In this document: piece by piece, positions 18,114 through 28,187 of the stretch
How positions within the stretch are numbered: position 1 is the stretch's first letter
How the letters are laid out: the number at the start of each line of letters is the position of its first letter
Origin: an uncultured virus (IMG/VR IMGVR_UViG_3300010429_001259)
Lineage: Duplodnaviria; Heunggongvirae; Uroviricota; Caudoviricetes
IMG/VR virus record: IMGVR_UViG_3300010429_001259
Reading direction: 5' to 3' (one strand)
Length of the DNA stretch: 64,000 nucleotides
The notes under the pieces: model-generated
Databases searched by the model: none
What the model was told of the DNA's origin: nothing
Seen by the model: only the letters and a program-made list of their open reading frames with translations
Made by a program: the position numbers and the translations under genes

Positions 18114-20264
18114 ATGCCCATTGACACCAAGATCGCGATGAAGCAATGGACGCGGTACGCATGGTGCCGCGACAACGGGCATGCCCAGTACGTCCAGAAG
18201 GCCGACAAGTGTGATGCTTTCTTCCGGGGCGACCAGTGGGACAAGAACGACAAGGCGAAACTCGACCTCGCCCGCCGCCCGGCCCTGACGATCAACAAGA
18301 TTCTGTCCACCGTGAGCAACGTGATGGGCGAGCAGATCTACAACCGCGCCGAGACGGCGTTCCGGCCACGATCCGGCGCGCCCGCCGAGACTGCTGAAGT
18401 CCTCACGAAGGTGTTCAAGCAGATCAGTGACAACAACCAGCTGGATTGGAAGCGCAGCGACATGTTCGCCGACGGGATCATCACGAGCCGGGGCTATCTG
18501 GACGTGCGGATCGACTACAACGACAGCATGGGCGGCGAGGTGCGCATCGAGGGCCTGAACCCGAAGAACGTGATCCCTGACCCGGACGCCGAGGACATGG
18601 ATCCGGACACCTGGAGCGAGGTGTTCACGACGAAGTGGGTTACCGCCGACGACATCGCGGTCCTGTACTCAAAGGAAGACGCTGAAATCCTGCGCAACCG
18701 GGAACAGAGCTTCTTCCCCTATGGTTACGACAGTATCCAGAGCCACCGCGACCGGTTCGGCGACCGGTTCAACCCGATGTACATGGGCGACTACGATCAC
18801 AGCAACGTGCTGCGGAACATCCGGATCATCGAGCGCCAGTACCGGGTGCTGGACAAGCAGAAGCACTTCGTCAGTCAGGACGGCGACACCCGGCCCGTCC
18901 CGGTGGACTTTGACCGGAACAAGATCGCGTTCTTCACGGAGCGCTACGGGTTCCAGGTCATCACGAAGCTCGTGCGCCGGATCAAGTGGACGGTGATCGC
19001 CGACAACGTCGTGCTGCACGACGACTGGAGCCCGTACAAGCACTTCACCGTGGTGCCGTACTTCCCGTACTTCCGCCACGGTACGACGATCGGGCTGGTC
19101 GAGAACCTGCTGGGCCCGCAGGAACTGCTGAACAAGGCCACGAGTCAGGAGTTGCACGTCATCAACACGACGGCGAACAGTGGCTGGAAGGTGAAGGCCG
19201 GGTCTCTTGTGAACATGACCACGGCAGAGCTCGAAGAGAAGGGCGCGCAGACCGGCCTCGTCGTCGAGACGAACGACATGGACGGCCTGGAGAAGATCCA
19301 GCCGAACGGCGTGCCGACTGGGCTCGACCGGGTGACGTACAAGGCCGAGGAGCACATCAAGACGATCTCCGGCGTGTCTGACAGTGCCATGGGCTTCGAC
19401 CGCGAGGACGTCGCCGCGAAGGCGATCCAGGCCAAGCGCCAGGCCGGCAGCACGAACATCGTCAAGCCGATGGACAACCTGACCCGCTCGGACTTCATCC
19501 TGGCCCGGAACACTTTGGATCTCGTGCAGGAGTTCTACACGGAAGAGCGGATCATGACGATCACGCACAACCGCGTCACGGGCGAGCAGGAGACGTTCAC
19601 CGTGAATCAGGTCACGCCGGAGGGCGATGTCGTCAACGACCTGACTGTGGGTGAGTACGCCGTCGTCGTGACGAGTGTGCCCGCGCGCGAGACCCTCGAA
19701 GATAGCCAGTTCGAGCAGGCGGTGTCGCTGCGCGAAATGGGTGTGGCGATTCCGGACGCCGTACTCATCGACGCCAGCCGGCTGCAGAACAAGCGCGACA
19801 TCATCAGCCAGATGCAGGGTGACCAGAACAGCCCCGAGGCCCAGGCCCAGCGCGAGCTCCAGGCCCGTCAGGCTCAGGCCGAAGTGTCGAAGGCCGAGGG
19901 CGAGGCCGCGCAGAAACACGCTGACGCCGGCCTGAAGCAGGCGAAGGCTCAGAAAGAGATGGTCATGGCCCAGAAGGAGGCGGTCACGCCTCCGGAAGGG
20001 CCGGATGTCGACGACTCGAACCCTGAGCTGGAGTTCGCCAAAGCTGAGCACGAGGCCGGCCTGCGCGAACGGGAGCTCGAGCACAAGCAGCAGATCGATT
20101 GGGCGAAGATCAGTCTGCAGCGCCAGAAGCAGGCGGACGACCTCCGTATGCGCGCACAGGATCAAGCCGCTCAGCGCGCTGAGCGGATGATGGTCGCATC
20201 GGCCGAGGCCGCGGCGGCAGCACAGAAGCCGGATTCCCTTCAACCAACCAAAGGACTACGATGA
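18114..20264 (+). CDS. portal protein (P22-like)
   Basis: FFRGDQW..RPALTINKI, F.DG.I..RGY, PQ..LNK, coiled-coil C-terminal barrel; position after terminase. Confidence 0.9.
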   Translation: MPIDTKIAMKQWTRYAWCRDNGHAQYVQKADKCDAFFRGDQWDKNDKAKLDLARRPALTINKILSTVSNVMGEQIYNRAETAFRPRSGAPAETAEVLTKVFKQISDNNQLDWKRSDMFADGIITSRGYLDVRIDYNDSMGGEVRIEGLNPKNVIPDPDAEDMDPDTWSEVFTTKWVTADDIAVLYSKEDAEILRNREQSFFPYGYDSIQSHRDRFGDRFNPMYMGDYDHSNVLRNIRIIERQYRVLDKQKHFVSQDGDTRPVPVDFDRNKIAFFTERYGFQVITKLVRRIKWTVIADNVVLHDDWSPYKHFTVVPYFPYFRHGTTIGLVENLLGPQELLNKATSQELHVINTTANSGWKVKAGSLVNMTTAELEEKGAQTGLVVETNDMDGLEKIQPNGVPTGLDRVTYKAEEHIKTISGVSDSAMGFDREDVAAKAIQAKRQAGSTNIVKPMDNLTRSDFILARNTLDLVQEFYTEERIMTITHNRVTGEQETFTVNQVTPEGDVVNDLTVGEYAVVVTSVPARETLEDSQFEQAVSLREMGVAIPDAVLIDASRLQNKRDIISQMQGDQNSPEAQAQRELQARQAQAEVSKAEGEAAQKHADAGLKQAKAQKEMVMAQKEAVTPPEGPDVDDSNPELEFAKAEHEAGLRERELEHKQQIDWAKISLQRQKQADDLRMRAQDQAAQRAERMMVASAEAAAAAQKPDSLQPTKGLR

Positions 20265-21268
20265 ACCCTCTCCTGCAGAACCTCCTGCGCCGGTACATGG
20301 CGCCCGCTGGTGACGGCGCCGACCTCGGCGGTGCCGACCGTGGCGACGACTTCGAATCGACAGACCCGGACGAGCCGGGAGAAGTCGAGAAGAAACCCGA
20401 GCCGAAAGCCGCCGACGAAGACGACATCGACCCGGAAGACCCGGACGGTGAGCTGAAGGAGGGCGAGGAGGCCGAGAAGAAGGCCGACAAGCCGAAGAAG
20501 GACAGCCGGATCCCGCTGTCCCGCCACAAGGAGCTCCTGGAGAAGGAGCGGGCGAAGCGCGCCGATCTGGAGCGCCAGCTGGCCCAGTTCCAGAAGGGCG
20601 GGGAAGTCGCCGCCCTGAACGAGAACATCACAAAGGCCGAGGACGACATCCTGAAGCTCGAGAAGGAGTACAACACGCTCCTGGCTGACGGGGAACTCGA
20701 CAAGGCGTCGGCGAAGATGACGGAAATTCGCCGTCTTGAGCGCCAGATCAACGAGTCGCGCAGCGACATGAAGATTGCTGCGGCCGAAGCCCGGGCCACT
20801 GAGCGCGCGCGGTACAACATCGCCCTGGAGCGCATCGAAAGCGTGTATCCGGAGCTGAATCCCGACGACGACACGTACGACGAGGAACTGATGCAGGACG
20901 TCGTGGACCTGAAGGCCGCGTACGAGACCCGCCGGAACATGACCCCGACCGAAGCCATGCAGGCGGCGGTCCGGAAGCTGCTGGGCACCCGTACGAAGAG
21001 CCAGGAGAAGGCGCTGGACACGACTCCGCGCGTCTCCGACAAGGACGTGGCGGACGAAGTGCGCGCCGAACGGAAGAAGGACGCCGTCTCGAAGGCCGTG
21101 AAGGCCGTCGAGAAGCAGCCGCCGAGTACGGCGAAGGTCGGTCTGGACAGCGACAAGGCCGGCGGCGGGCTGTCGGCGAAGGACGTGCTGAAGATGAGTC
21201 AGGAGGACTTCCGGAAACTGCCGGAAGAGATCCTGGCCCGGATGCGCGGGGATGAGGTGGGGGCGTGA
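20261..21268 (+). CDS. capsid scaffolding protein
   Basis: Acidic N-terminus, RIPLSR motif, coiled coil, ends MSQEDFRKLPEE..RMRGD; between portal and capsid. Confidence 0.8.
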   Translation: MNPLLQNLLRRYMAPAGDGADLGGADRGDDFESTDPDEPGEVEKKPEPKAADEDDIDPEDPDGELKEGEEAEKKADKPKKDSRIPLSRHKELLEKERAKRADLERQLAQFQKGGEVAALNENITKAEDDILKLEKEYNTLLADGELDKASAKMTEIRRLERQINESRSDMKIAAAEARATERARYNIALERIESVYPELNPDDDTYDEELMQDVVDLKAAYETRRNMTPTEAMQAAVRKLLGTRTKSQEKALDTTPRVSDKDVADEVRAERKKDAVSKAVKAVEKQPPSTAKVGLDSDKAGGGLSAKDVLKMSQEDFRKLPEEILARMRGDEVGA

Positions 21269-21669
21269 TCATGATGCACATCCCTTCACCCCAGACCGGC
21301 GATCAGGCCATCGAGCAGGCCATCAAAGACGTCGGCGCGGACAAGTACCCGCGCGTGACACCGGCTGACATCGAGGCGAACATCGTCAGTGAGCACTACT
21401 TCACAGCGGCGGAAGGGGTGAATCACTGCGCCAGCGACACGCCGGAATTGGACCTGCTGACCTTCTGCGTCCTGGTCCTGAAGAACGGCTTCACCGTCAC
21501 CGGTGAGTCGGCCTGCGCCAGCCCGGAAAACTTCAACGCCGAGATCGGACGTCGGATCGCCCGCGAGAACGCCGTGCAGAAGATGTGGCCGTTGATGGGC
21601 TATGCGCTGCGGCAACACCTCCATACCATGGAGTTGGTGGACGCTGCAATCGACGGGGGAGAAGCATGA
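21265..21669 (+). CDS. N4 gp49 / Sf6 gp66 family protein (candidate Acb4-type sponge)
   Basis: PRVTP.DIEA.I..EHYF, TFCVLVLKNGFTVTGESACASPENFNAEIGRRIA..A..K.WPLMGY signature. Confidence 0.85.
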   Translation: MIMMHIPSPQTGDQAIEQAIKDVGADKYPRVTPADIEANIVSEHYFTAAEGVNHCASDTPELDLLTFCVLVLKNGFTVTGESACASPENFNAEIGRRIARENAVQKMWPLMGYALRQHLHTMELVDAAIDGGEA

Positions 21670-22025
21670 AATCCCTCGCTCACTCCATCGCCCGCGTCGC
21701 CCACGAGGTGAACGCCGCCTACTGCCGCAGCCTCGGTGACTACACCCAGCCTGCGTGGGAGAACGCCCCTGAATGGCAGCAGAAGAGCGCCATCGCCGGC
21801 GCTGAACTGCACCTGAGCGATCCGTCACTCTCGGCCTCGGCGTCTCATGCCGCCTGGATGGCGATCAAAGTCGCCGAAGGCTGGGTCTACGGCCCCGAAA
21901 AGGACACCGAGAAGAAGACCCACCCGTGTCTCGTGCCGTTCGACGAGCTACCGCCCGAGCAGCGCGCGAAGGACTTCATCTTTCAGGGCGTTGTGCACGC
22001 GATCGCGCGCGAGATGGCTCGATAG
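21666..22025 (+). CDS. RyR-domain protein
   Basis: H.AW...K...GWVYGPEKD..KKTHPCLVPFDELP.EQR.KD matches the RyR repeat signature. Confidence 0.85.
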   Translation: MKSLAHSIARVAHEVNAAYCRSLGDYTQPAWENAPEWQQKSAIAGAELHLSDPSLSASASHAAWMAIKVAEGWVYGPEKDTEKKTHPCLVPFDELPPEQRAKDFIFQGVVHAIAREMAR

Positions 22026-22066
22026 CCGCACCAGTTGTCTCCCCCGGAGGGCTTCGGCCCACCATT

Positions 22067-22100
22067 GAGCCACGGCAAGCACTTGTCGTGGCTCTTTTTT
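22067..22100 (+). terminator. intrinsic terminator
   Basis: GAGCCACGGCAA-GCAC-TTGTCGTGGCTC followed by T6. Confidence 0.75.
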
Positions 22101-22110
22101 CGAGTACACT
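22083..22110 (+). promoter_or_regulatory. possible sigma70 promoter for the capsid gene
   Basis: TTGTCG-16 nt-TACACT overlapping the terminator, about 110 nt upstream of the capsid ATG. Confidence 0.35.
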
Positions 22111-22218
22111 ACGGCCAATTCGGTAAAGGCAAGGTCCCGACAGCACCTACCACCTCCGCATGTCGAAGCGACATTCGACAGAGAAGTCGTTTATCTATCA
22201 TCGATAGGAGGTGCCACC

Positions 22219-23331
22219 ATGGCATTGACCAATTTTGGACTGCTGACGTCCGAACAAAAAACCGTATGGGGAATGACCCTGTGGAAACAGGCTCGCAACC
22301 ATTCGTTCATCAACCGCTTTCTGGGCAAAGGCCCGAATAGCCTGGTCCAGCACATCACCGAGCTGAAGAAGTCCGAGAAGGGCGCCCGCGCAGTCATCAC
22401 GCTGCTGGCCGACTTGACCGGTGACGGCGTGGCCGGTGACCGCACCCTGGAAGGCAACGAAGAGGCGATGCAGACCTTTGATCAGGTCATTCGCATCGAC
22501 CAACTGCGTCACGCCAACCGCCACGAAGGCCGCATGGCCGACCAGAAGTCGATCGTCGAGTTCCGCGGCAACAGCCGCGACGTGCTGGCCTACTGGCTCG
22601 CCGACCGTATCGACCAGCTGGCGTTCCTGACGATGTCGGGTGTCTCCTACACGAAGAAGAACAACGGCGCGACCCGCACCGGTTCTGATCTTCCGTTCCT
22701 GGAGTTCGCTGCGGACGTCGCCGCGCCATCGGCCAACCGCCGCCTGCGCTGGGACGGCACTGGTAAGACCCTGGTCGCCAGCGCCGCCACCAGTTCGATC
22801 GCGTCGACCGACACGCCGACCTGGAACATGTTCGTGCAACTCAAGGCCTACGCCAAGGACCGCTACATCCGCGGCATCCAGGAAGACGGCGGTGAGGAGA
22901 CCTTCCACGCGTTCCTGACTCCGCAGGCCATGGCCAAGCTGAAGATGGACGACAACTACATGCTGAACCTGCGGCACAGCCAGCAGCGCGACAAAAACGA
23001 CGCGCTGTTCAGCGGCACCAGCGTGAAGATTGACGGCATCTACCTGCACGAGTTCCGGCACGTCTATAACACGTCCGGCGCGGCCAGCGGCTCGAAGTGG
23101 GGCGGTTCCAGCACCACCGACGGCTGCCAGGTCTTGTTCTGCGGCGCCCAGGCGCTCGGTATGGCCGACATCGGCGCACCGGAGTGGAACGAGAAGGGCT
23201 TCGACTACGAGAACCAGCAGGGTATCTCCGTCGGCAAGATCCTCGGCTTCCTGAAGCCGAAGTTCGGCAACATCTACGAGAACGGTTCCGTCGAAGACTT
23301 CGGCGTGATCTCGTGCTACGTGGCGCAGTAA
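22219..23331 (+). CDS. major capsid protein (DUF4043 / N4-gp56-like)
   Basis: ELKKS.KG..A..TL..DL.GDGV.GD.TLEGNEE, IDQLRHA, LFCGAQAL; strong AGGAGG RBS. Confidence 0.92.
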   Translation: MALTNFGLLTSEQKTVWGMTLWKQARNHSFINRFLGKGPNSLVQHITELKKSEKGARAVITLLADLTGDGVAGDRTLEGNEEAMQTFDQVIRIDQLRHANRHEGRMADQKSIVEFRGNSRDVLAYWLADRIDQLAFLTMSGVSYTKKNNGATRTGSDLPFLEFAADVAAPSANRRLRWDGTGKTLVASAATSSIASTDTPTWNMFVQLKAYAKDRYIRGIQEDGGEETFHAFLTPQAMAKLKMDDNYMLNLRHSQQRDKNDALFSGTSVKIDGIYLHEFRHVYNTSGAASGSKWGGSSTTDGCQVLFCGAQALGMADIGAPEWNEKGFDYENQQGISVGKILGFLKPKFGNIYENGSVEDFGVISCYVAQ

Positions 23332-23346
23332 GAAAGGAGCCTTGAA

Positions 23347-23757
23347 ATGGCCAATACCACCCTGACCCCTTCGCGCGGTCGCCAGTACCCGCTGTACGCG
23401 GAAGTGTCGTTCACGTTCGGTAACGTCGCTGACACCGGCGTCGCCGTGCCGGCGATCAAGCTGCCGCCCGGCGCCGTCGTCATTGACGGTGCTGTGATCG
23501 TGGACACCGTCTTCAACACCGGCACGTCCATCGTGCTGGATGTGGGCGACTCCACGACCGGCAACCGCTACAAGAACGATGCGGACCTGAAGTCCTCGAC
23601 CGGTGTGATTGCCCTGGTTCCGACCGGGTACGTCAGCGACGGCGCGGACATCCTGATCACTCCGACGATCGTCGGGGCCGCGGCCACCACCGGTGCCGCC
23701 CGCCTCTGGGTCGCATACGTGATCCAGGGTCGTACCCACGAAGTTCAGACGAACTAA
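23347..23757 (+). CDS. putative capsid decoration protein
   Basis: Beta-rich, LPPGAVV..G.V.V.T.FN..LDVGD; directly after the capsid gene. Confidence 0.65.
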   Translation: MANTTLTPSRGRQYPLYAEVSFTFGNVADTGVAVPAIKLPPGAVVIDGAVIVDTVFNTGTSIVLDVGDSTTGNRYKNDADLKSSTGVIALVPTGYVSDGADILITPTIVGAAATTGAARLWVAYVIQGRTHEVQTN

Positions 23758-23767
23758 GTGACCGAAG

Positions 23768-23791
23768 AAACGGGGCCTTCGGGCCCCGTTT
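23768..23791 (+). terminator. intrinsic terminator
   Basis: AAACGGGGCC-TTCG-GGCCCCGTTT. Confidence 0.75.
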
Positions 23792-23816
23792 CCACATCTT
23801 TGACTGAGAGGAACAC

Positions 23817-24191
23817 ATGAATTTCATCCTGAATCGTGACCGCACCGTCGTATCGACATTGGGGCACTCTGTCGAGTTCAAGAAAGGCGTGCCGACGTAC
23901 GTGCCGCCCGAGTTGTATGCCGAGGTGTCCGCCGTTGGCGCCATGCCCGAGCACGAACTGACCGAGGAAGAGGTCAAGAAGACCGCACCGGCCGAACCGG
24001 CTGATCCGGCTGAACGCGAAGCCGCCGTGTTCGCGGCGTTCGAAGGGATCATGCTGCGCGGCCGTCGCGAAGACTTCACCGCCGGTGGCGCTCCGCACCC
24101 GAAGGTCCTGGCGCAAGCCCTGGGCTGGACGCTGCACAACAAAGAGCGCGACATCCTCTGGGCGAAGTTCCGCGCCGGTTCCGAGGACTAA
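23817..24191 (+). CDS. hypothetical virion-block protein
   Basis: 124-aa ORF, GAGG RBS. Confidence 0.75.
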   Translation: MNFILNRDRTVVSTLGHSVEFKKGVPTYVPPELYAEVSAVGAMPEHELTEEEVKKTAPAEPADPAEREAAVFAAFEGIMLRGRREDFTAGGAPHPKVLAQALGWTLHNKERDILWAKFRAGSED

Positions 24192-24194
24192 ACC

Positions 24195-24851
24195 ATGAAC
24201 TCCACAGAACTGCTTGCTGCATTTCGAGATGAAATGTTCGATACGGTCGAGCCGTATCTGTGGAGTGACGCGTTCGTCTATCGTGCGATCGACGACGCGC
24301 AGAAGATGTTCTGCCGGCTCACGGAGGGCATCGAGGATGCGCGCACCGCTGACATCACGGTCCTTCCGATCGAAGTCGGCACGGACTGGTACACCCTGTC
24401 TCCGCTCATTCTGAAGCCCCGGTTCGCCCACCGGGCCGACAACGGCCGTCCAGTGCGGATCGTCGGGGCAGAACTGTGTGACAAGCTCGGCATCCAGTTC
24501 GATGGTTCAACCGGGCCGGTGACGGCGCTCGTGACAGGCCTTGAGAAAGGCGCCGTGCGCGTGTGGCCGATGCCGAACGAGACGGTTGACCTGAACCTCT
24601 CCGTATTCCGTCTGCCGCTCGAGCCGATCACGGACGTCGGTGACCAGACCCTGGAGATCGACGAACAGCATCACTGGCACCTGCTCGATTGGGTCAAGCA
24701 CCTGGCCTACCTGAAGCCCGATCCTGAGACCCTCAACCGCAAGACGGCCGGCGAGTATGAGCAGGCGTTCCGCACCTATTGCGCCCAGGCCCGAATCGAG
24801 CAGGGCAGAGTGCGCCATCCCGCCGGCGCAGTCGCGTACGGCGGACTTTGA
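24195..24851 (+). CDS. putative head-tail adaptor/completion protein
   Basis: FRDEM.D..EPYLWSD..IDDAQ..FCR, EI.E.HH..LLDW...AY.KPD; position after head genes. Confidence 0.65.
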   Translation: MNSTELLAAFRDEMFDTVEPYLWSDAFVYRAIDDAQKMFCRLTEGIEDARTADITVLPIEVGTDWYTLSPLILKPRFAHRADNGRPVRIVGAELCDKLGIQFDGSTGPVTALVTGLEKGAVRVWPMPNETVDLNLSVFRLPLEPITDVGDQTLEIDEQHHWHLLDWVKHLAYLKPDPETLNRKTAGEYEQAFRTYCAQARIEQGRVRHPAGAVAYGGL

Positions 24852-24867
24852 ACGGAGAAAACCTACC

Positions 24868-25272
24868 ATGTCCCTGTCCAACACCACCGAACTGGCCGCT
24901 TTGGCCATGTTCCTGCAAGGCACCGACCCGAGCTACCGAGCCGGCGCCACCCAGTACCTGGCCCTGTTCACGGCTGACCCGACCGAAACCGGATCCCTGG
25001 CCGCCGAAGCCACCTACACCGGCTACGCCCGCGTGGCGCTGACCAAGGCATCGGCGTGGACCGGTGGCGCCAACCCGTTCGTCAACGCCAACCTGATCCA
25101 GTTCGGCGCCTGCACAGCAGGGTCCAACGCGATCACCCACTTTGCCGTGGTGGACACCGCTTCCGGGGCCGTCAACATGATGATCTCTGGCGCGCTGTCG
25201 TCCACGCTCAACGTGAGCGCCGGCATCCAGCCGCAGTTCGCTGCGGGCGCTCTGAGCGTTTCGGCGGACTGA
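24868..25272 (+). CDS. virion structural (tail-associated) protein
   Basis: YLALFTADP.E.G...EATYTGYARVA pattern. Confidence 0.7.
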   Translation: MSLSNTTELAALAMFLQGTDPSYRAGATQYLALFTADPTETGSLAAEATYTGYARVALTKASAWTGGANPFVNANLIQFGACTAGSNAITHFAVVDTASGAVNMMISGALSSTLNVSAGIQPQFAAGALSVSAD

Positions 25273-25276
25273 CACC

Positions 25277-26179
25277 ATGGCCGGCTTCTCGAACGCTGCG
25301 GCTTGGGCGGCGGCGGTCGATGCCGGGAAAACACACGTCAGTACGTTCCGCAAGACCGTCGCCAGCGCCGCGACAGCGGCCAACGACTTTGTGGACTACA
25401 CCTACTTCGCCGGCAACCCACCGGCGAACTTCTACGCCAGCGCGCCGCTTGAGGCCGCGTATGTCGAGAGCATCCGGGGCATCCATGTCCCGCAGATGTC
25501 AGGTGATGACCGGCAGTTTCTGAAGTCCATCACTGCCATGTCGGCAGCGGCCAGTGCCACGGGCACCAGCAACCAGAACCAGCGCCAGATGCTGGCGGAC
25601 TACCTGATGTACTACCCGTTCATCGATACCGATGCCGTCGGGGAGTTGCAGGAGACTTCGCCTATCGTGGCGTTGCCTCGGTACAACTCAGGACAAGTGA
25701 TCTGCGTGGCGCAGTCGGCCTCAAGCACGGTCGGCCAGTTCACGATGACCTACACCAACCAGGATGGTGTACCGGGCCGCGTCAGTCAGAACACCTTCAC
25801 CAAGGTCGTTTCCGGTGGTGGCACGCTGGTGTCCAGTGCTACCAGTGCCGCTGCAGGCAGCCTGCCATTCGTCGGGCTGCAGGCAGGCGATTCCGGGGTG
25901 CGATCCATCGAATCCGTGACCTTCACGGCCGCGGGCGGTGGCCTGATGGCGCTGGTGATCGTGGAGCCGCTGTTCAACTTCTACACCACGCAGGAGTGCC
26001 GCACCACCACCACCGGCAACATCGAGAGCTACGGAGCGGCCACCTACTTCGAGACTGTACTGATGCGCCAGCCGGTCGAAATCAAGAACGGCGCGGTGCT
26101 GGGCGTCGTTGGCCTGGGCAACGCTGGCAGTCTCGCGTCGTCGGTCTTGGTCGGCACCATCCAAACCATCTGGAGTTAA
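25277..26179 (+). CDS. virion structural protein (paralog of the next gene)
   Basis: 300 aa, TYTNQDG..G and PF..LQAGD.GVRSIES.T. Confidence 0.75.
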   Translation: MAGFSNAAAWAAAVDAGKTHVSTFRKTVASAATAANDFVDYTYFAGNPPANFYASAPLEAAYVESIRGIHVPQMSGDDRQFLKSITAMSAAASATGTSNQNQRQMLADYLMYYPFIDTDAVGELQETSPIVALPRYNSGQVICVAQSASSTVGQFTMTYTNQDGVPGRVSQNTFTKVVSGGGTLVSSATSAAAGSLPFVGLQAGDSGVRSIESVTFTAAGGGLMALVIVEPLFNFYTTQECRTTTTGNIESYGAATYFETVLMRQPVEIKNGAVLGVVGLGNAGSLASSVLVGTIQTIWS

Positions 26180-26181
26180 CC

Positions 26182-27087
26182 ATGGGCTTCAACTCATCCG
26201 ACGACCTCATCAACCAGATCACGACCAACGGCAAGGCCGACAGTCAGATCCTGCAAAAGACGCTGGTTGCCGCAGGCACCGCCGGCCATTGGCAGCACCT
26301 GCTGACCAGCGCGGGCAACATCCCGGCGGCGACCTTCGGCGGCGCCGAGGCGACCTTCGTTGCGACCGACAACACCTGGAGCGAGGGCGCGATCCCGATC
26401 GGCGACCAGACGGCGCCGGCCACCAAGCACCTGACCGCCGCGGGCGCGTCGCTGATCGCCGCTGCCGGCGCTCCGTGGTTCGTGCAGCTTGTCGATATGG
26501 TGGGCTACGCCAAGCTGACCACCACCAACGTCAGCACCACCGGCACCAAGACGATCACCATGACGCCGATCGGGTCGAGCGCGGCCAACGTGGACCGCTA
26601 CCCCAACGGGGACGGCCTGCGCCTCGCCGTCGCCGCCATCGCTACCATGGGCGCCAACGCTCCGACGATGCAGATCACCTACACCAACCCGGCTGGCACG
26701 ACGGGCAAGACGACCCTCGCCGGCTGCGTGTCCACCGCATCCGCCGCCAGCGGCACCATCCTGAATAGCGGCAACGCGGCGAACAAGTACGGCCCATTCC
26801 TGCCGCTGGCGGCGGGTGACGCCGGCGTGAAGGACATCGAATCGCTGACGTGGGGCGGCACCGCGCACGCCTCGGGCTCCGTGGCGATCCTGCTATGCAA
26901 GCCGCTGGGCCAGCCGATCCCGGTCCCGGCCACCGGCCTTTACAACGTGTTCGACTACGTGAACACCCTGCCGTCGCTGCCGCGCCTGCGAAACGGCGCC
27001 AACCTGACGGCGCTGGTCTACAACACGGGCGCCACGACCTCTGGCGGCACGTTTTTCATGTCGTTCGACTACGCCTGGGGTGGATAA
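26182..27087 (+). CDS. virion structural protein (paralog of the previous gene)
   Basis: TYTNPAG..G and PFLPLAAGD.GVKDIES.T. Confidence 0.75.
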   Translation: MGFNSSDDLINQITTNGKADSQILQKTLVAAGTAGHWQHLLTSAGNIPAATFGGAEATFVATDNTWSEGAIPIGDQTAPATKHLTAAGASLIAAAGAPWFVQLVDMVGYAKLTTTNVSTTGTKTITMTPIGSSAANVDRYPNGDGLRLAVAAIATMGANAPTMQITYTNPAGTTGKTTLAGCVSTASAASGTILNSGNAANKYGPFLPLAAGDAGVKDIESLTWGGTAHASGSVAILLCKPLGQPIPVPATGLYNVFDYVNTLPSLPRLRNGANLTALVYNTGATTSGGTFFMSFDYAWGG

Positions 27088-27948
27088 ATGGGCTTGATGC
27101 AGAACGGGTTCCGCCACAACGCCATAGGCAAGCTGTTCGGGGGCACCAGCCTCGACGGCGCGAACCCGTCCGTGCATGAGTACAGCGGGCACCTGACCGC
27201 GCGGATGCGCAACCAGTTCGCGGGCGAGGGCATCACCGACGACCTGGCCTCAGTGCCCAACGGGGCGCGGCATCCGGCTGCGTGGATCATGGCCCGCGCC
27301 AACGGCGGCATGGCCTCGCGCAGCGCCGCTATGCTCGCGTTCGCCCCGGCGGGTGCAGCGGTCGGCGGCGTCACATCGCCGGGTGAAGCGACCCTGACCC
27401 TCACGCCGGTCGCCACCGCCTGGCCGCTGGATGACTCAGTTCAGATCCGCACCGCCAGCGCATCGATCACGTTCACCGTGGCCGATGCTGACGGGCAACT
27501 AATCTCCAGCGGGTCCGGGTCGGCCTCGATGGCGTTCAGCACCAACACGCCGTTGCTGACCGCCTCGCTAGCGGCCATCGGGTCAAGCTCGTTCGCCCTG
27601 TCTGCATCCGGCGCGCTGGGCGCCGAAGCCAGCGGGGAGGGCGCCGCCTCGATGGCGTTCTCCATGGCGGCGACCATTCTGCCGACCGTCGATACGCCAC
27701 CGGCCCGCACCGCGACCGCCAGCTTCGCCATCACCGGCGCCCTGGTGCCCTACGCCATCGGGCAGATGGTCGGGAGCACGGTCAGCACCGGGGTGCTCAC
27801 GACCGACACCATCGCGGCAGCGGTATGGGAGTCGCTCGCCGCCTCGTTTGCGAACCCCGGCACCATGGGCCAGAAACTCAACAATGCGGCCAGTGGGGGC
27901 GTCGACTACGCCGATCTGGCCAACGCAGTCTGGAACCACACGCAATGA
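27088..27948 (+). CDS. Ala/Ser/Thr-rich structural protein
   Basis: 286 aa, IAAAVW/LANAVW repeats near the C-terminus. Confidence 0.7.
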   Translation: MGLMQNGFRHNAIGKLFGGTSLDGANPSVHEYSGHLTARMRNQFAGEGITDDLASVPNGARHPAAWIMARANGGMASRSAAMLAFAPAGAAVGGVTSPGEATLTLTPVATAWPLDDSVQIRTASASITFTVADADGQLISSGSGSASMAFSTNTPLLTASLAAIGSSSFALSASGALGAEASGEGAASMAFSMAATILPTVDTPPARTATASFAITGALVPYAIGQMVGSTVSTGVLTTDTIAAAVWESLAASFANPGTMGQKLNNAASGGVDYADLANAVWNHTQ

Positions 27949-28187
27949 CCGCCTGGGCCCAACTCATCCTGCACAGCACGCTCCCGTCCGGGAGCGCCTG
28001 GGACCACCTGAACGCGCAGCAGGCGGGTGGCACCGGCGTCGTCGTGAACGACGGGGTCGTAGCCGAGTTGGAACTTTCGCCCATCGACGTGGAGATCGAC
28101 ACCGGCGACATCGACGCGATCGTGGAGGACGCCCCTATCGAGGTCTTCATCGAAGACGCCCCTGTATATGTGGAGGTTCAGGAATGA
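27945..28187 (+). CDS. small acidic hypothetical protein
   Basis: MTAWAQL...; ATGA-coupled at both ends. Confidence 0.6.
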   Translation: MTAWAQLILHSTLPSGSAWDHLNAQQAGGTGVVVNDGVVAELELSPIDVEIDTGDIDAIVEDAPIEVFIEDAPVYVEVQE

